Source of the DNA: a bacterium
GTDB lineage: Bacteria > Fidelibacterota > Fidelibacteria > Fidelibacterales > Fidelibacteraceae
Assembly: GCA_963676395.1 (NCBI GenBank)
Contig: OY781066.1
Span: 1-64,000, forward strand
DNA: 64,000 nucleotides
Reading direction: 5' to 3'
A model generated the notes under the pieces. It saw nothing but the letters and a program-made list of their open reading frames with translations, made no database searches and had not been told where the DNA came from. The first letter of the stretch is position 1; each line of letters begins with the position of its first letter. Shown here in pieces: positions 1-11,522 of this stretch. The translations under genes and the position numbers were made by a program.

Positions 1-1
1 G

Positions 2-547
2 GTTAAAATTCTGTAATTTTAGCTCGTTTACATAATACTTTAATAGCTGTTCTTTTATCAGGTACATTGGCCTGATAATATAATAATTTTCATTAAAGAG
101 GCTTTGTTTTGGTTGCATTGTGCTAAATTCTCGTGAATATATCTGGTTTAAAAGTAAGGTTTCAACCACGTCGTTTTTATGATGACCTAATATTACTTTA
201 TTTACACCCAAGTCTCTGGCAGTTTCAAGTAAAAGTCTTCTTCTTTGTCGAGAGCATGAAAAACAAATATTCTTTTTTTGATAGTAATTACTTAGCACAT
301 CACTTTTAACATGCTTATAATCAGCAATATTAGATATATACTCCTCAAGTAATGGATCATGCTTATCATGGAGGTCTATATAGACAGCGTAAAGATTGAT
401 ATTAAAATGTTTTAGTAGATTTATACAGGCAATTGAATCTTTTCCACCGGATATTCCGATTACATAGCTCTCCCCTTCTGTAAACAAATTCCATCGTTCA
501 TTGGCTTGAGCGATAAGGTCGAGTAATTGTGATTCTAGTTTAGACAT
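2..547 (-). CDS. ttcA: TtcA/PP-loop family tRNA thiolation ATPase (3' end runs off window)
   Basis: Manual translation from ATG at 547: MSKLESQLL...VIGISGGKDS...NICFSCSRQRR...LGHHKNDVVETLLLN; PP-loop SGGKDS, CxxC and GHHxxD motifs; not in ORF track because truncated. Confidence 0.8.
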   Translation of the reverse strand, partial: MSKLESQLLDLIAQANERWNLFTEGESYVIGISGGKDSIACINLLKHFNINLYAVYIDLHDKHDPLLEEYISNIADYKHVKSDVLSNYYQKKNICFSCSRQRRRLLLETARDLGVNKVILGHHKNDVVETLLLNQIYSREFSTMQPKQSLFNENYYIIRPMYLIKEQLLKYYVNELKLQNFN

Positions 548-676
548 AAATTATATGAGAGCGATATGAGAATCGCCCGTACATCCTCGTTAAATAATAT
601 TACGCGTGAAATTTACATTCATTATTGCCATATAATCAATTATTTCCTTATAATTAGTCTCGAAATAGGAGAATAT

Positions 677-1354
677 ATGAGCACATTTATACAGATCATG
701 TTATTATCAATATTACCGGGTATTATATGGGTTATCTTTATCTATCGTACCGACAGATATGAACCTGAACCCACCAAGCAGATCATAAAAGCGTTTATTA
801 TCGGTATATTGTGTGTTTTCCCGGCCGTTCTCTTTGAAAGCCTATTCGATATCGGCTCAGAGTTTGCAATGGCTGTCGTTGTAGCTCCCGTTGTTGAGGA
901 AACAATAAAAATTCTCATGTTTATGGTTTTCTTTTATCATGCAAAAGATTTTGATGAGCCTCTAGATGGTATCATATATGCTTGTTCGATCGCATTGGGG
1001 TTTGCCACTATTGAGAATATATTTTATATCTTTTCGGCCTTGCAATATGATAAAGTCTTTCAGGTTGCCTCCATGCGTGCTTTATTATCTATTCCCGGGC
1101 ACTTTTTATTCTCTGCTCTCTGGGGTTACGCTGCCGGAACGGTTAAATTTAGGCTAAGGAAAGGTGTGACCTTGGGTGCCGGACTTATAACGGCGATTCT
1201 TTTGCATGCCGGTTTTAATTTTACTGCTACATTATCGGCACTTGGAACAATAATTTTCATTATCATCTTTTCAATTTATGCATGGGTATTATTCTCTAAA
1301 AGATTACGTATACTACAGTTTGATAGTAAAAATCGTTCACAAAACATTGAATGA
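677..1354 (+). CDS. prsW: PrsW family intramembrane metalloprotease
   Basis: DRYEPEP, APVVEETIK, DGIIY, GFATIENIFY, H-containing TM motifs; start moved to ATG 677 behind AGGAG. Confidence 0.85.
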   Translation: MSTFIQIMLLSILPGIIWVIFIYRTDRYEPEPTKQIIKAFIIGILCVFPAVLFESLFDIGSEFAMAVVVAPVVEETIKILMFMVFFYHAKDFDEPLDGIIYACSIALGFATIENIFYIFSALQYDKVFQVASMRALLSIPGHFLFSALWGYAAGTVKFRLRKGVTLGAGLITAILLHAGFNFTATLSALGTIIFIIIFSIYAWVLFSKRLRILQFDSKNRSQNIE

Positions 1355-1400
1355 TAATGTGTAGAAAGGCAGAATATTGCGTCTTTAAGTTATTGAAAGT

Positions 1401-2093
1401 TTAATTATTAAATTTTAGATAGGGGTTTAATTTTTCCCAGGAAACAAAAATTTCAATAGAGCCGAATACGTAGGCAGCGATCTCGTAGGGATCGTATTGA
1501 AAAACGATACCTTTATCGAGCATATAAATATCTTTTGATACCGGATAATCTATATCAAATAAGATGTCTTCAATATCCTCATCAGGAAAACTTTGCTGAA
1601 GCGCAATATTATTAAGTTCGTGAAGCTTATCTTCACAACCTGCAAAAAAAATATCTTCAAAATCTAACACTTCCCCGCTCTTTCGGTCAATTATCCAATG
1701 TTTTGTAAACCAATTTCCATGCGCACCGCCTTCATACATATACATAGTATAACTTAATGAAAGGTATTTTTTACTCTTGTATCGTATCTCAGCTTCTTCA
1801 TCGTAGACAAAATTTAAGGTTGGCGTATTTCCAAATTCCTCGTAAAATCCTTCCATTTCTGCATAGGTCGACACAAAATAGGCAAAACGATCTTTGGCAT
1901 ATAGCCGTGGTTTGGAAAACATTCCCAACTCATCGTTTTTAAGCCCCCTGACCTTGGTAGAACTAAAACTGTATTCCATTATTGGACTTAATGTATCATT
2001 TGCGATCAGTGCATAGCTGTTTTCAATGTTGATATCTTTGGCTTGTAGTAAAATAGCTACGAGCAGTAAGGTTATGATCTTAAATGATTTCAT
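1401..2093 (-). CDS. Secreted DUF3298/DUF4163 (RsiV/PdaC-like) protein
   Basis: Signal peptide; YEGGAHGN and FQYDPYEIAAYVFG motifs; start overlaps lepA stop. Confidence 0.75.
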   Translation of the reverse strand: MKSFKIITLLLVAILLQAKDINIENSYALIANDTLSPIMEYSFSSTKVRGLKNDELGMFSKPRLYAKDRFAYFVSTYAEMEGFYEEFGNTPTLNFVYDEEAEIRYKSKKYLSLSYTMYMYEGGAHGNWFTKHWIIDRKSGEVLDFEDIFFAGCEDKLHELNNIALQQSFPDEDIEDILFDIDYPVSKDIYMLDKGIVFQYDPYEIAAYVFGSIEIFVSWEKLNPYLKFNN

Positions 2094-3895
2094 TATGAGT
2101 TCTTTTTTTCTATCTGCAATACGGCTAAAAACGCTTCTTGAGGGACTTCGACAGCTCCCACCTGTTTCATACGTTTTTTACCTTTTTTCTGAGCTTCAAG
2201 CAATTTTCGTTTACGGGAAATATCGCCACCGTAACATTTTGCTGTTACATTCTTGCGAAGAGCTTTTACATTTTCTCTGGCAAGAATTTTGGAACCTACT
2301 GCAGCCTGAATGGGGACCTCGAACTGGTGACGAGGTATAAGACTGCGCAGTTTAACCACCAATTCACGCCCAATATATTGACTGTCGGTACGATTTGTGA
2401 TGACTGAAAGTGCATCGACGGACTCTCCATTGATCAGGATGTCCAGTTTTACAAGGTCGCCCGGCCTATAACCGATATATTCATAATCAAATGAGGCATA
2501 ACCTCTACTCACTGTTTTAAGTTTATCATAAAAGTCAAAAACAATTTCAGCCAGAGGTATTTCGTACATAAGCTGAACTTTGGTTTTATCTAAATAATGG
2601 GTATTTTTATAAATGGCTCGTTTTTCTTGAGTTAATTTCATTAGACTGCCAATATATTCCGGCGGAGTGATAATCTCAGCTTTAACGTAGGGTTCATCAA
2701 CGCGATCCACATCACCTTGTGGCATTTTAGCGGGAGTATCAACGCGAATTTCTTTTCCATTTCTTAAGAATGCATGATATTCGACGTTGGGTACTGTTGT
2801 GACGATATCCTGGTCAAATTCCCTTTCCAAGCGTTCCTGAATGATCTCAAGATGAAGCATGCCAAGGAAACCACAGCGAAAACCAAAGCCAAGAGCGTCT
2901 GATGTTTCAGGTTCAAATTGTAAAGATGCGTCATTAAGTTGTAATTTTTCCAAGGACTGTCGCAATTCTTCATAATCTTCATTTCTAGCGGGATAGATAC
3001 CCGAAAAAACCATCGGTTTCATCTCTTTGTAACCCGAAAGAGCTTCCTGAGCTGGATTATCCGTTGTTGTTATCGTATCCCCAACGCGAAGATCTTTAAT
3101 ATTCTTGATTTGTGCAACGATATAACCAACATCACCGGCTGCCAGTGATGTGCTTTTTTCTCGTTTAAGCAAAAAATGGCCGACTTCAGTGATCTCATAT
3201 TCATTTTTGGTGGCAAAGGAACGCAGTTTTTGTCCCGGCTTGATCTCACCTTCCATCACTCTGATATAAGGAATAGCCCCACGATAAGAATCAAAGATAG
3301 AATCAAAGATTAAAGCTTTTGCGGGTACATCATTTTTGGTTTCCGGAGCTGGAATGCGTGCAATAATCGCTTCAAGTAATTCCTCAATACCAATACCTGT
3401 CTTAGCAGACGTTTTAATAATATCATCTTCATCGCAACCGATTAAATCAACGATCTGTTCGGTTGCAGATTCTATTTGAGCTCCCGGAAGATCAACCTTA
3501 TTGATAACGGGAATAATCTCAAGATCATTATCGAAAGCAAGAAAAGTGTTCGATACGGTTTGAGCTTCGATCCCCTGTGAAGCATCTACAAGCAATAAAG
3601 CACCTTCGCAAGCCGCAAGGGAACGTGACACTTCGTAGGAAAAATCCACATGCCCCGGAGTATCAATAAGATTTAGTATGTATGTCTTCCCATCCTTGGC
3701 TTTATATTGTAGTCGAATCGGATGTGATTTAATGGTAATTCCACGTTCACGCTCTAGATCCATATCGTCCAAGATCTGCGCTTTCATCTGAAACTTTTGT
3801 AATGTTCCTGTAAACTCAAGCAGACGGTCCGCTAAAGTTGACTTCCCATGATCGATATGGGCAATAATACTGAAATTTCTAATATTGTCGTTCAT
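2093..3895 (-). CDS. lepA: Elongation factor 4 (LepA)
   Basis: [29 protein letters not shown]-terminal [14 protein letters not shown]. Confidence 0.98.
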   Translation of the reverse strand: MNDNIRNFSIIAHIDHGKSTLADRLLEFTGTLQKFQMKAQILDDMDLERERGITIKSHPIRLQYKAKDGKTYILNLIDTPGHVDFSYEVSRSLAACEGALLLVDASQGIEAQTVSNTFLAFDNDLEIIPVINKVDLPGAQIESATEQIVDLIGCDEDDIIKTSAKTGIGIEELLEAIIARIPAPETKNDVPAKALIFDSIFDSYRGAIPYIRVMEGEIKPGQKLRSFATKNEYEITEVGHFLLKREKSTSLAAGDVGYIVAQIKNIKDLRVGDTITTTDNPAQEALSGYKEMKPMVFSGIYPARNEDYEELRQSLEKLQLNDASLQFEPETSDALGFGFRCGFLGMLHLEIIQERLEREFDQDIVTTVPNVEYHAFLRNGKEIRVDTPAKMPQGDVDRVDEPYVKAEIITPPEYIGSLMKLTQEKRAIYKNTHYLDKTKVQLMYEIPLAEIVFDFYDKLKTVSRGYASFDYEYIGYRPGDLVKLDILINGESVDALSVITNRTDSQYIGRELVVKLRSLIPRHQFEVPIQAAVGSKILARENVKALRKNVTAKCYGGDISRKRKLLEAQKKGKKRMKQVGAVEVPQEAFLAVLQIEKKNS

Positions 3896-4096
3896 GGCGG
3901 GAATATAATTAGTTAAAGGGTAAATTACAAAAGAAATGCCTTAAGCTTAAAACCAGACTCTTTTGATGAATTGGGTGTAATCGAATGCTATTGACTTTAG
4001 CTTCAAGTGAATCTCAGTAAGATTTTCCACTTCCATAATTCAATGATTTAATTTATATTCATTTCGCCAAATAAAATACCATATCAAGGAATTTGA

Positions 4097-6175
4097 ATGA
4101 AAAAATTAACTATTGTATTGATACTTGCATTATTACTATTAAGCTCATGTACATTGAATATGTTTAAAAACCTAGCTTCACCTGACCATAAAATTAAAAT
4201 ATCAGTTGATACGAACAACAGAGGTGAGCTGATATATTCCGTTAAATATCAGAATGATATCGTTATCCATCCTTCGAAATTAGCTGATTTTGATTTTAAT
4301 GATAGTATCCCAAAAATCGGAAAAATGGAGATATATAAACGGAAGTATTTTTTACAAAGAGACGAAAAATGGGAAATGCCTTGGGGTGAACAGCGATGGG
4401 TAAGAGATGATTACAATGCCATGACAATATACCTAAGAGAAATTGATGCACCCTATAGACATTTAGAGGTCGAATTTAAAGCATTTAACGATGGTTTGGG
4501 GTTTAGGTATGTATTCCCGGAAGATTTTACAAATTATCAACTGACGATTTTAGATGAAAATACCGAATTTAACCTAAATGAGGATCACGAGGTATGGTGG
4601 ATCCCCGGTGATTGGGATATTTATGAACATTTGTACAAACACACGAACCTGTCTGATATAAATGCCTTGCAATACCGGAATCATAGCAGTTTAGCGCAAA
4701 CCTATATTCCTTATAATGCGGTCAATACGCCGGTAACCATGAAAACCGGCAATGGAAAATATTTATCATTTCATGAAGCAAATTTAACTAATTATCCGGG
4801 GATGACATTGAAAATTGATACACTTAATTTATCTATGACATCCGAATTGGTGGGAAATTCTCAGGATATAAAGGCCGTGATAGAAACACCTTTTAAAACT
4901 CCCTGGAGGACGATACAGATAGCAGACAGGGCCGGTGATCTCATTGAATCTACCATGATCCTGAATTTAAATGAGCCGGCTAAATTTGAAGTACCTTGGT
5001 TTAAGCCAACGAAATACATGGGTATTTGGTGGGATATGCATATTGGAACCAAAACCTGGGATTATGCCAGCGGTCGTCATGGCGCAACCACGGAATATGC
5101 TAAAAAATACATTAATTTTTGTGCCCGAAATGGTATTGGGGCACTACTCGTGGAAGGCTGGAATACGGGATGGGAACATTGGTTTGGAGATTTTAATAGA
5201 GAAGGTGTTTTTGACTTTGTAACTCCTTATCCCGATTACGACTTGGAAGAAGTGGTTCTATATGGTAAAGGTAAGGGTGTAGAGATCATTATGCATCATG
5301 AGACTTCTGCAGCTCCCCGTACGTATGCTCAGCAAATGGATACAGCTTATACTTTAATGAATGATCTTGGTATTTCAGCTGTAAAAACAGGTTATGTGGG
5401 GAAAATAATTCCTAAAGGTGAATATCATCACGGACAGTGGATGGTAAATCAATATCGTTTAGCCCTTGAAAAAGCGGCAGAACACAATATTGCTATCAAT
5501 GCACATGAACCGATTAAAGCAACAGGCATACGTCGGACCTATCCCAATGCAATTTCTCGCGAAGGATTACGCGGACAAGAATTTAATGCCTGGTCACCGG
5601 ATGGAGGCAATCCCCCCTCCCACCTACCTACTGTGGCTTTTACACGAATGTTGGCAGGGCCGATAGATTTCACTCCGGGTATTTTTAACATATCATTAGA
5701 GCCCTATAAGCCAAATAATCAGGTTAATACTACCCTGGCGCATCAATTGGCTTTATATGTCGTAATTTATTCACCAATTCAAATGGTCCCCGATCTCATA
5801 GAAAATTATGAAGGTCAACCTGCTTTTCAGTTTATTCGAGACGTGCCGGTTGATTGGAATAAAAGCATCGTACTTGATGGTGAGGTGGGTGAATTTGTAA
5901 CAATAGCTAGGCAAGAAAGGCACGAAAAAAGACAAAATTGGTTCCTGGGTAGCATTACAAATGAAGAGCCCCGAACAATAAACATCAAGTGTAATTTCTT
6001 GGGAAAAGGGAAAAAATATACTGCAACAATATATTCAGATACAGAAGACGCACACTGGAAAGATAATCCTACCGCTTATAAGATTGAAAAAAGAAGAGTA
6101 AATCATAATTCTACTTTAGAAGTTGATCTGGCCGCGGGAGGTGGCGTTGCAATATCTTTTATTATGGACAAATAA
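4097..6175 (+). CDS. Glycoside hydrolase family 97 (SusB-like alpha-glucosidase), lipoprotein
   Basis: Lipobox LSSC; KYMGIWW, LVEGWN, MHHETS, SREGLRGQE, FTRMLAGPIDFTPG. Confidence 0.92.
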   Translation: MKKLTIVLILALLLLSSCTLNMFKNLASPDHKIKISVDTNNRGELIYSVKYQNDIVIHPSKLADFDFNDSIPKIGKMEIYKRKYFLQRDEKWEMPWGEQRWVRDDYNAMTIYLREIDAPYRHLEVEFKAFNDGLGFRYVFPEDFTNYQLTILDENTEFNLNEDHEVWWIPGDWDIYEHLYKHTNLSDINALQYRNHSSLAQTYIPYNAVNTPVTMKTGNGKYLSFHEANLTNYPGMTLKIDTLNLSMTSELVGNSQDIKAVIETPFKTPWRTIQIADRAGDLIESTMILNLNEPAKFEVPWFKPTKYMGIWWDMHIGTKTWDYASGRHGATTEYAKKYINFCARNGIGALLVEGWNTGWEHWFGDFNREGVFDFVTPYPDYDLEEVVLYGKGKGVEIIMHHETSAAPRTYAQQMDTAYTLMNDLGISAVKTGYVGKIIPKGEYHHGQWMVNQYRLALEKAAEHNIAINAHEPIKATGIRRTYPNAISREGLRGQEFNAWSPDGGNPPSHLPTVAFTRMLAGPIDFTPGIFNISLEPYKPNNQVNTTLAHQLALYVVIYSPIQMVPDLIENYEGQPAFQFIRDVPVDWNKSIVLDGEVGEFVTIARQERHEKRQNWFLGSITNEEPRTINIKCNFLGKGKKYTATIYSDTEDAHWKDNPTAYKIEKRRVNHNSTLEVDLAAGGGVAISFIMDK

Positions 6176-6295
6176 TTTTACAATAGTAATTTGAACTCTA
6201 AAAATTAAACTTGTAATAAATACTAATAATATCTTGTATCAAGAGGGTTACGCTTTGTAGAGTTGATCTCTTAGGGACCCTTTTTTCTATATATT

Positions 6296-6338
6296 GAAAA
6301 AGTGCCGATGATACCATTAGATCTCATCGGCACTTTTC
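6296..6338. terminator. Bidirectional intrinsic terminator
   Basis: GAAAAAGTGCCGATGA...TCATCGGCACTTTTC inverted repeat between convergent genes. Confidence 0.75.
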
Positions 6339-6447
6339 ATACTTTTCTTCAAAACCTAAAGACTTATACCACTCACAGACAACATCATTGTATTGTTTGG
6401 GCATAAAATAACAATGTAGCTTGACTGGTAACTCGTTATTCTAGTTA

Positions 6448-7011
6448 CTATTGTAAAATTTCCTTCTCATACATTTCTTCTTCGAGTTCCATATCGCCAT
6501 ATGTTTTTGACGTGACAAAACGTTCATATATCTCAGGTTGAAGTTCACGAAGTTTTTTCATGAGCTTTGTATTGACTGAGCGAGGTGTGATAGCGTATAA
6601 CATGAAGGCATGATAAACCCCATCTTTATCCAATAAGATAGTTTCATCTACAGCAAAAATACCTTGAATAGTTGTATTGATTACAACTTTTGAACTTTTT
6701 TCGAATATATCTTCAATTTCAGATGCGTTTTCGTCACCAACTTCTTTAACGTAAAGTGATGAAACTCCATCAATTCTCGATTGAATGGCTTGTCCAATTT
6801 TAATATACGCATCGGTACGAGCTTTATCGCGGGCAATGTCTTCACGTTTACTTATAGCCTCACCAATTTCGGCTACGCCGCCAAAAGTCTTATAACGCTT
6901 AGCTTTTTTCTGCAATTTATCACGATGCTTATTGTTTACAACTTGCATGGTTGAGCAAGAGGAAACAAGCAAAGCAAGCGCCAAAAATAATACGATAACA
7001 GTTCTTTTCAT
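6448..7011 (-). CDS. LPP20-like lipoprotein
   Basis: Lipobox VSSC; 'ARDKARTDAYIKIGQAIQSRI' resembles the LPP20 helix. Confidence 0.6.
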   Translation of the reverse strand: MKRTVIVLFLALALLVSSCSTMQVVNNKHRDKLQKKAKRYKTFGGVAEIGEAISKREDIARDKARTDAYIKIGQAIQSRIDGVSSLYVKEVGDENASEIEDIFEKSSKVVINTTIQGIFAVDETILLDKDGVYHAFMLYAITPRSVNTKLMKKLRELQPEIYERFVTSKTYGDMELEEEMYEKEILQ

Positions 7012-7157
7012 TTAAACCCTTTCTTGATATCCGTGTCTTTTTGAATTCAAAACAATAATACATACTATTTAGGACTATTTCAAGTTCCAATAAATGTAAT
7101 GAATTTTTGGTATCTTGAATTTTATTGTGTATTATCGGCGGTAAAATAAGGAAAACT

Positions 7158-8051
7158 ATGCATATCGACTTGATTTATAACCCTAAGTCCGGGGGTGGAC
7201 GCGGAGAAAATTTAACTCCTATAATCATTAAAGCTCTCGAAGAAAAAGGACATACTCTAAATATACATCGAACAGAATACCACGATCATGCAACAGAGAT
7301 CACTCGACATTTAGATTTATCACAAAGTGATGTTGTTGCCAGTGTGGGTGGTGACGGAACAATGTATGAGGTATTAAACGGTTTATTAAAAAATAAAAAT
7401 AAAAAAAAGCCTGTTTTTGCCGTAATACCGGTTGGCACGGGAAATTCATTTTCACAAGATCTAAACATGCATCAGTGGAGAGATGGAGTTGTTGCTATTC
7501 TAGAGGCTAAAACCCGCCCGGTAGATGTCATGAAATTCACAACCGAAGGCGAGGATTATTATTCCATTAATTCCATATCGATCGGTCTGCCGACGGATGT
7601 TGGTATTAGCGGTAAAAAATATAAAAAACTTATGGGAAAGCATTCATATACTTTCTCGGCATTGATTGAGATCATGCGTTACAAACCACATCATACCATA
7701 CTGGAAGTTGACGGTGTAAAGCACGAGTACATGGGTGCGTTTACAAATTTTGCCAATACACGTTTATTTGGCGGTAATATGATCATTTCTCCCGATTCTG
7801 TTATGGATGATGGTGAAATAGAAGCTATTGTATTGACTGATGCGCCGAAAAAAGAAATTATAAAAGCCTTTCCCACCTTGTACAAAGGTGAGCATATTTC
7901 CAATCCTTATGTTAGAATCTACAAAGGCAAACATTTCAAAATTTCGGCCGATCCCATTAAAACAAGTAGCCCCGAAGGTGAAATATTTGGTGTAACGCCG
8001 CTAGAATTATTAGTTATGCCTAAGGCAGTTACGATGTTTTATAAGACTTAA
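7158..8051 (+). CDS. Diacylglycerol/lipid kinase (YegS/BmrU family)
   Basis: YNPKSG, GGDGT, PVGTGNSF motifs; start at ATG 7158. Confidence 0.9.
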   Translation: MHIDLIYNPKSGGGRGENLTPIIIKALEEKGHTLNIHRTEYHDHATEITRHLDLSQSDVVASVGGDGTMYEVLNGLLKNKNKKKPVFAVIPVGTGNSFSQDLNMHQWRDGVVAILEAKTRPVDVMKFTTEGEDYYSINSISIGLPTDVGISGKKYKKLMGKHSYTFSALIEIMRYKPHHTILEVDGVKHEYMGAFTNFANTRLFGGNMIISPDSVMDDGEIEAIVLTDAPKKEIIKAFPTLYKGEHISNPYVRIYKGKHFKISADPIKTSSPEGEIFGVTPLELLVMPKAVTMFYKT

Positions 8052-8172
8052 TAGATACATTATTAACTAGCATGGGATAAATTTGAACAATGTTCAATCT
8101 CTTCTCCCGATTCCTTAATAAATCTCTTCGAAATATAACAATATAAATTAAGTCATTCAATTAAAGTCAGTT

Positions 8173-9348
8173 TTAAGCAAAGCCAGACTGATGATCTTCT
8201 ATGATTTTTCCGGATTTTATTACCTTTAATAAACGATCATTTTGATCAATAATGATCAAGTCTGCATCATATGTTTCTTTTATAAAGCCTTTTTTATTAT
8301 CTATACCCAACAGTCTGGCAGGATTTTCACTGGCGGTGCGAATACATTGCTCTAAACTTGCTCCGGAAAACTTTTTTAATCTTATCATAATCTCAAATAG
8401 CGACAATGTTGTCCCAATAAGACCCGAGCCATCGGAATAAAAGGCTGCACCATCTTTTGAGTGATATTTTTTCTTTCCAAAATCATATTCACCATCCGGT
8501 AAACCAATGCCTGAGATCCCATCGGTGATGGAGATAAGTCGCTCAATACCAAATACTTGATAAAAGTACTTAATCTCCTCTTCTTTTAAATGTACGCCAT
8601 CTGGAATGATCTGAACAAAAACATCCGAATCAATAATTGAATCAAGAGGATGGTCTTTATCTCTATTATATTTTCTCATTGCATTATTTAAATGAGTAAC
8701 GCATGTAATCCCCTCTTTAATCCCTTCTTGGGTAAATATAGGGTCAGCATCACTATGCCCCATTGATGATATATATTCTAAATCATATCCCATATCAATT
8801 ACATTATTTATCCAGGGAATTTCGGGCGCTAGGGTCAATAGTTTCAGTTTGCCTTTACATGCCAAAAGTATATTGTTTAGGTTTTCTTTGTTTGCTTCGG
8901 CAATGCACTCTGCGGGTATTCCACCTTTACGGATCAAATTGATGAACGGTCCTTCCAAGTGGATTCCAAGATTTTCCGCTTCATTTTCTCCGGGGATATG
9001 ATACGCAATACTTTTGAGATGTTCATTGTTATCGTTTTTATTGTAAAATGTTGTTGTGAGAAAGGAAGTCGTTCCCTTGAGACAAAGTGTCTCGGCCATA
9101 GTTTTCATGTCACCGTCTTTATTATCTGTCGGATTTGCACCACCGGCACCATGAACATGGATATCTATTAAGCCGGGCGCGACAATTGCACCTTTGGCGT
9201 CAAACAATAATTGACCTTCTTTTGGCACGAATGGTGTTATCTCAAGAATTTTTTCATTCCTAATAATAATATTGAACAAATCGTCGGGTTTATTATAGAG
9301 TCGGCAGTTTAAAATATAAGATTGCATATTAAAGTCCAATTCCTTCAC
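8173..9348 (-). CDS. nagA: N-acetylglucosamine-6-phosphate deacetylase
   Basis: PGLIDIHVHG, GIHLEGPF, TLAPE, GHSDA, THLNNAM, DGVH. Confidence 0.88.
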   Translation of the reverse strand: MKELDFNMQSYILNCRLYNKPDDLFNIIIRNEKILEITPFVPKEGQLLFDAKGAIVAPGLIDIHVHGAGGANPTDNKDGDMKTMAETLCLKGTTSFLTTTFYNKNDNNEHLKSIAYHIPGENEAENLGIHLEGPFINLIRKGGIPAECIAEANKENLNNILLACKGKLKLLTLAPEIPWINNVIDMGYDLEYISSMGHSDADPIFTQEGIKEGITCVTHLNNAMRKYNRDKDHPLDSIIDSDVFVQIIPDGVHLKEEEIKYFYQVFGIERLISITDGISGIGLPDGEYDFGKKKYHSKDGAAFYSDGSGLIGTTLSLFEIMIRLKKFSGASLEQCIRTASENPARLLGIDNKKGFIKETYDADLIIIDQNDRLLKVIKSGKIIEDHQSGFA

Positions 9349-9588
9349 TGTTAATCAAGAAAATTTAGAGAAATTATTTTCAAGATTCATTAACTATTTA
9401 CACCTTTGATGAATATATTTTCCCCAAAAGATAAAATAAACTGATGGATCATATAGTTTTATCATGCTTCAGGAGGAAAAAACAGGATACTTTCCTGCAT
9501 TCAGGCGAATTTTGTCACAATTTTCTCTTGATTTATAACTAATAATTCCTCAATATATTAGGACTCACTAAACAAGCTAAGGGATAAT

Positions 9589-10704
9589 ATGAACAAAAGA
9601 ATCATTGCTTTAGGGTTCTTCGTACTTGCGACATTGTTTTCATTCGCAATGGCAGATACGGATCAAGTGATATTTACTATTACAGTAGAGCAGAATACGC
9701 CAGACTGGTGTAACGTACAGTTCCCGACCGATACAATTGTCTCTGTTGGAGATTCAACGATCTTTTATGCGCAAGTATGGGAAGATGGCAAAACAAACGG
9801 TGAAGGTGAATTTACTGATATTAACGCTTGGATAGGATACAGCTCTTCAAACACAAATCCTTCAGGAAGCGGTTGGACCTGGGTTCCGGCCGACTATAAT
9901 GCTTCGGCCAGCTCGGAGTCTACCAATGGATACGCTAACGATGAATATATGGCCGAAATAGGCGTTTTGCTATCGGCGGGTACTTATTATGTCGCATCAA
10001 AATTCGCATTTGAAGGCGATACGTCAAATGTTGTTTACGGTGGATATAAATCCGGTGCAGGTCAAGAACATGGCTTATGGGACGGTGATTCCGTCGTATC
10101 TGCTCAAATAACAGTCAATGCCGTCAATCACGCTCCCGTATTAGCGGCGATCACCAATAAAAGTGTAGATGAAGACGGCTCACTTTTATTTACCGTATCA
10201 GCAAGCGATTCGGATGACGACACCCTTACATATTCTATTTTCTCAAATGACCAATCCGATGATATTAGCGTTACGATTTCCAACGACACGCTTACAATTG
10301 TTCCGAACCCTAACTTTTTTACAAGCATAGATGCAAATATTATCGTCAAAGTGATAGACGGGCATGGCGGTGAAGATACCACCTCATTTAAGTTGAAAAT
10401 CAATTCAGTCAATGACGCTCCCGTAATTACGGCGGTAGGAACTCAAAGCGTTACTGAAGGTAACGAATTGACCGTAAACTTTACCGCTACCGATATTGAT
10501 CATAGCGGTGCTTCATTATCCTGGTCCGAAAATGGCAAGCCGGTTGGTTCGGTATTTACCGATAACGGTGACGGTACCGCAAAGTTGGTATGGACACCCG
10601 ATTACACTCAATCGGGAAATTATGAAGATATTGAGATCACCGTTGATGATGGAGTATCCGTTGCAAAAATGGTGATAAAAACCGGAAAGAACTCAAATCG
10701 ATAA
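9589..10704 (+). CDS. Secreted protein: N-terminal orphan beta-strand, amylopullulanase-associated-like beta domain, one complete and one C-terminally atypical cadherin-like domain
   Basis: Signal peptide ending AMA; YAQVW..G.T / WTWVPADY / NDEY domain; NHAP and NDAP cadherin-like repeat starts. Confidence 0.75.
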   Translation: MNKRIIALGFFVLATLFSFAMADTDQVIFTITVEQNTPDWCNVQFPTDTIVSVGDSTIFYAQVWEDGKTNGEGEFTDINAWIGYSSSNTNPSGSGWTWVPADYNASASSESTNGYANDEYMAEIGVLLSAGTYYVASKFAFEGDTSNVVYGGYKSGAGQEHGLWDGDSVVSAQITVNAVNHAPVLAAITNKSVDEDGSLLFTVSASDSDDDTLTYSIFSNDQSDDISVTISNDTLTIVPNPNFFTSIDANIIVKVIDGHGGEDTTSFKLKINSVNDAPVITAVGTQSVTEGNELTVNFTATDIDHSGASLSWSENGKPVGSVFTDNGDGTAKLVWTPDYTQSGNYEDIEITVDDGVSVAKMVIKTGKNSNR

Positions 10705-10717
10705 TATTCGGTGATCT

Positions 10718-11512
10718 ATGCTAAGAAAGAAAAATAAAATATTCATCATCCTTTGCTTTGTTTTCGGGTCACTTTGGGCCGAAACGGATATGATTAGCTT
10801 CAATATCATTGTGAATAATAATCCTATTGATCATTGCGCTTTGCTAAATGTAAAAGATAGCATCATTGCAAGTGATAATCCCGTGATCGTCAAGTGTTTG
10901 GTAAAAGATATCGGTGTCACAGACCAAAACGGTGCAAATTCATTAATATCAGCAGAATTAGGGATAAATCTAAATAACGCTTCTCCTAATGAGTCAGGTT
11001 GGTTGTGGTATCCGGCGACATATTTATCTGAAGATAATGGTGGTGAAACATATTCAATGACCGTTCCGCTTGATCAGATACCCGAAAACGGTCAATTTTA
11101 TCTGCTATCACGTTTTTCTTTGCCTGATAGCCAGTATGTATACGGTGCTTGGGATTCAAATCGTAATTTTGGTGGCAAGTGGGATGGCAATTATTTTACA
11201 GCGCCATTAATTCATTATGTACGTGAAAGCGCTATCGAAGAGATACCAACAGATTTTGCATTGCATGCACCCTACCCTAATCCATTTAATCCCGGAACGA
11301 CCATAAACTTTGACATTGCCGAGAATACTCAGTTAGTCTTGAATGTTTATGATCTTAATGGTAAAAAAGTGCGCGAACTTTGGAATGGCCCCTGTGAAGC
11401 AGGATATCAGAGTCAATACATTGATATGTCCAGTTTTGCTTCCGGCATTTATATTGTGCAAATGATCACCCCTAATTACCGCAATGTTCACAAAATATTG
11501 CTTGTGAAGTAA
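10718..11512 (+). CDS. Secreted protein with N-terminal orphan beta-strand, paralogous beta domain and T9SS-type/FlgD-Ig C-terminal domain
   Basis: Signal peptide ending LWA; GWLWYPATY and YVYGAW...GKWDG match the domain of the 9589 protein; PYPNPFNP...SGIYIV...KILLVK tail. Confidence 0.8.
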   Translation: MLRKKNKIFIILCFVFGSLWAETDMISFNIIVNNNPIDHCALLNVKDSIIASDNPVIVKCLVKDIGVTDQNGANSLISAELGINLNNASPNESGWLWYPATYLSEDNGGETYSMTVPLDQIPENGQFYLLSRFSLPDSQYVYGAWDSNRNFGGKWDGNYFTAPLIHYVRESAIEEIPTDFALHAPYPNPFNPGTTINFDIAENTQLVLNVYDLNGKKVRELWNGPCEAGYQSQYIDMSSFASGIYIVQMITPNYRNVHKILLVK

Positions 11513-11522
11513 GGAGGCTATA

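Noticed and set aside
677..2093. PrsW next to an RsiV-like domain protein as a sigma/anti-sigma module
   Set aside because: Genes are convergent, no ECF sigma factor nearby, and the DUF3298 gene is coupled to lepA
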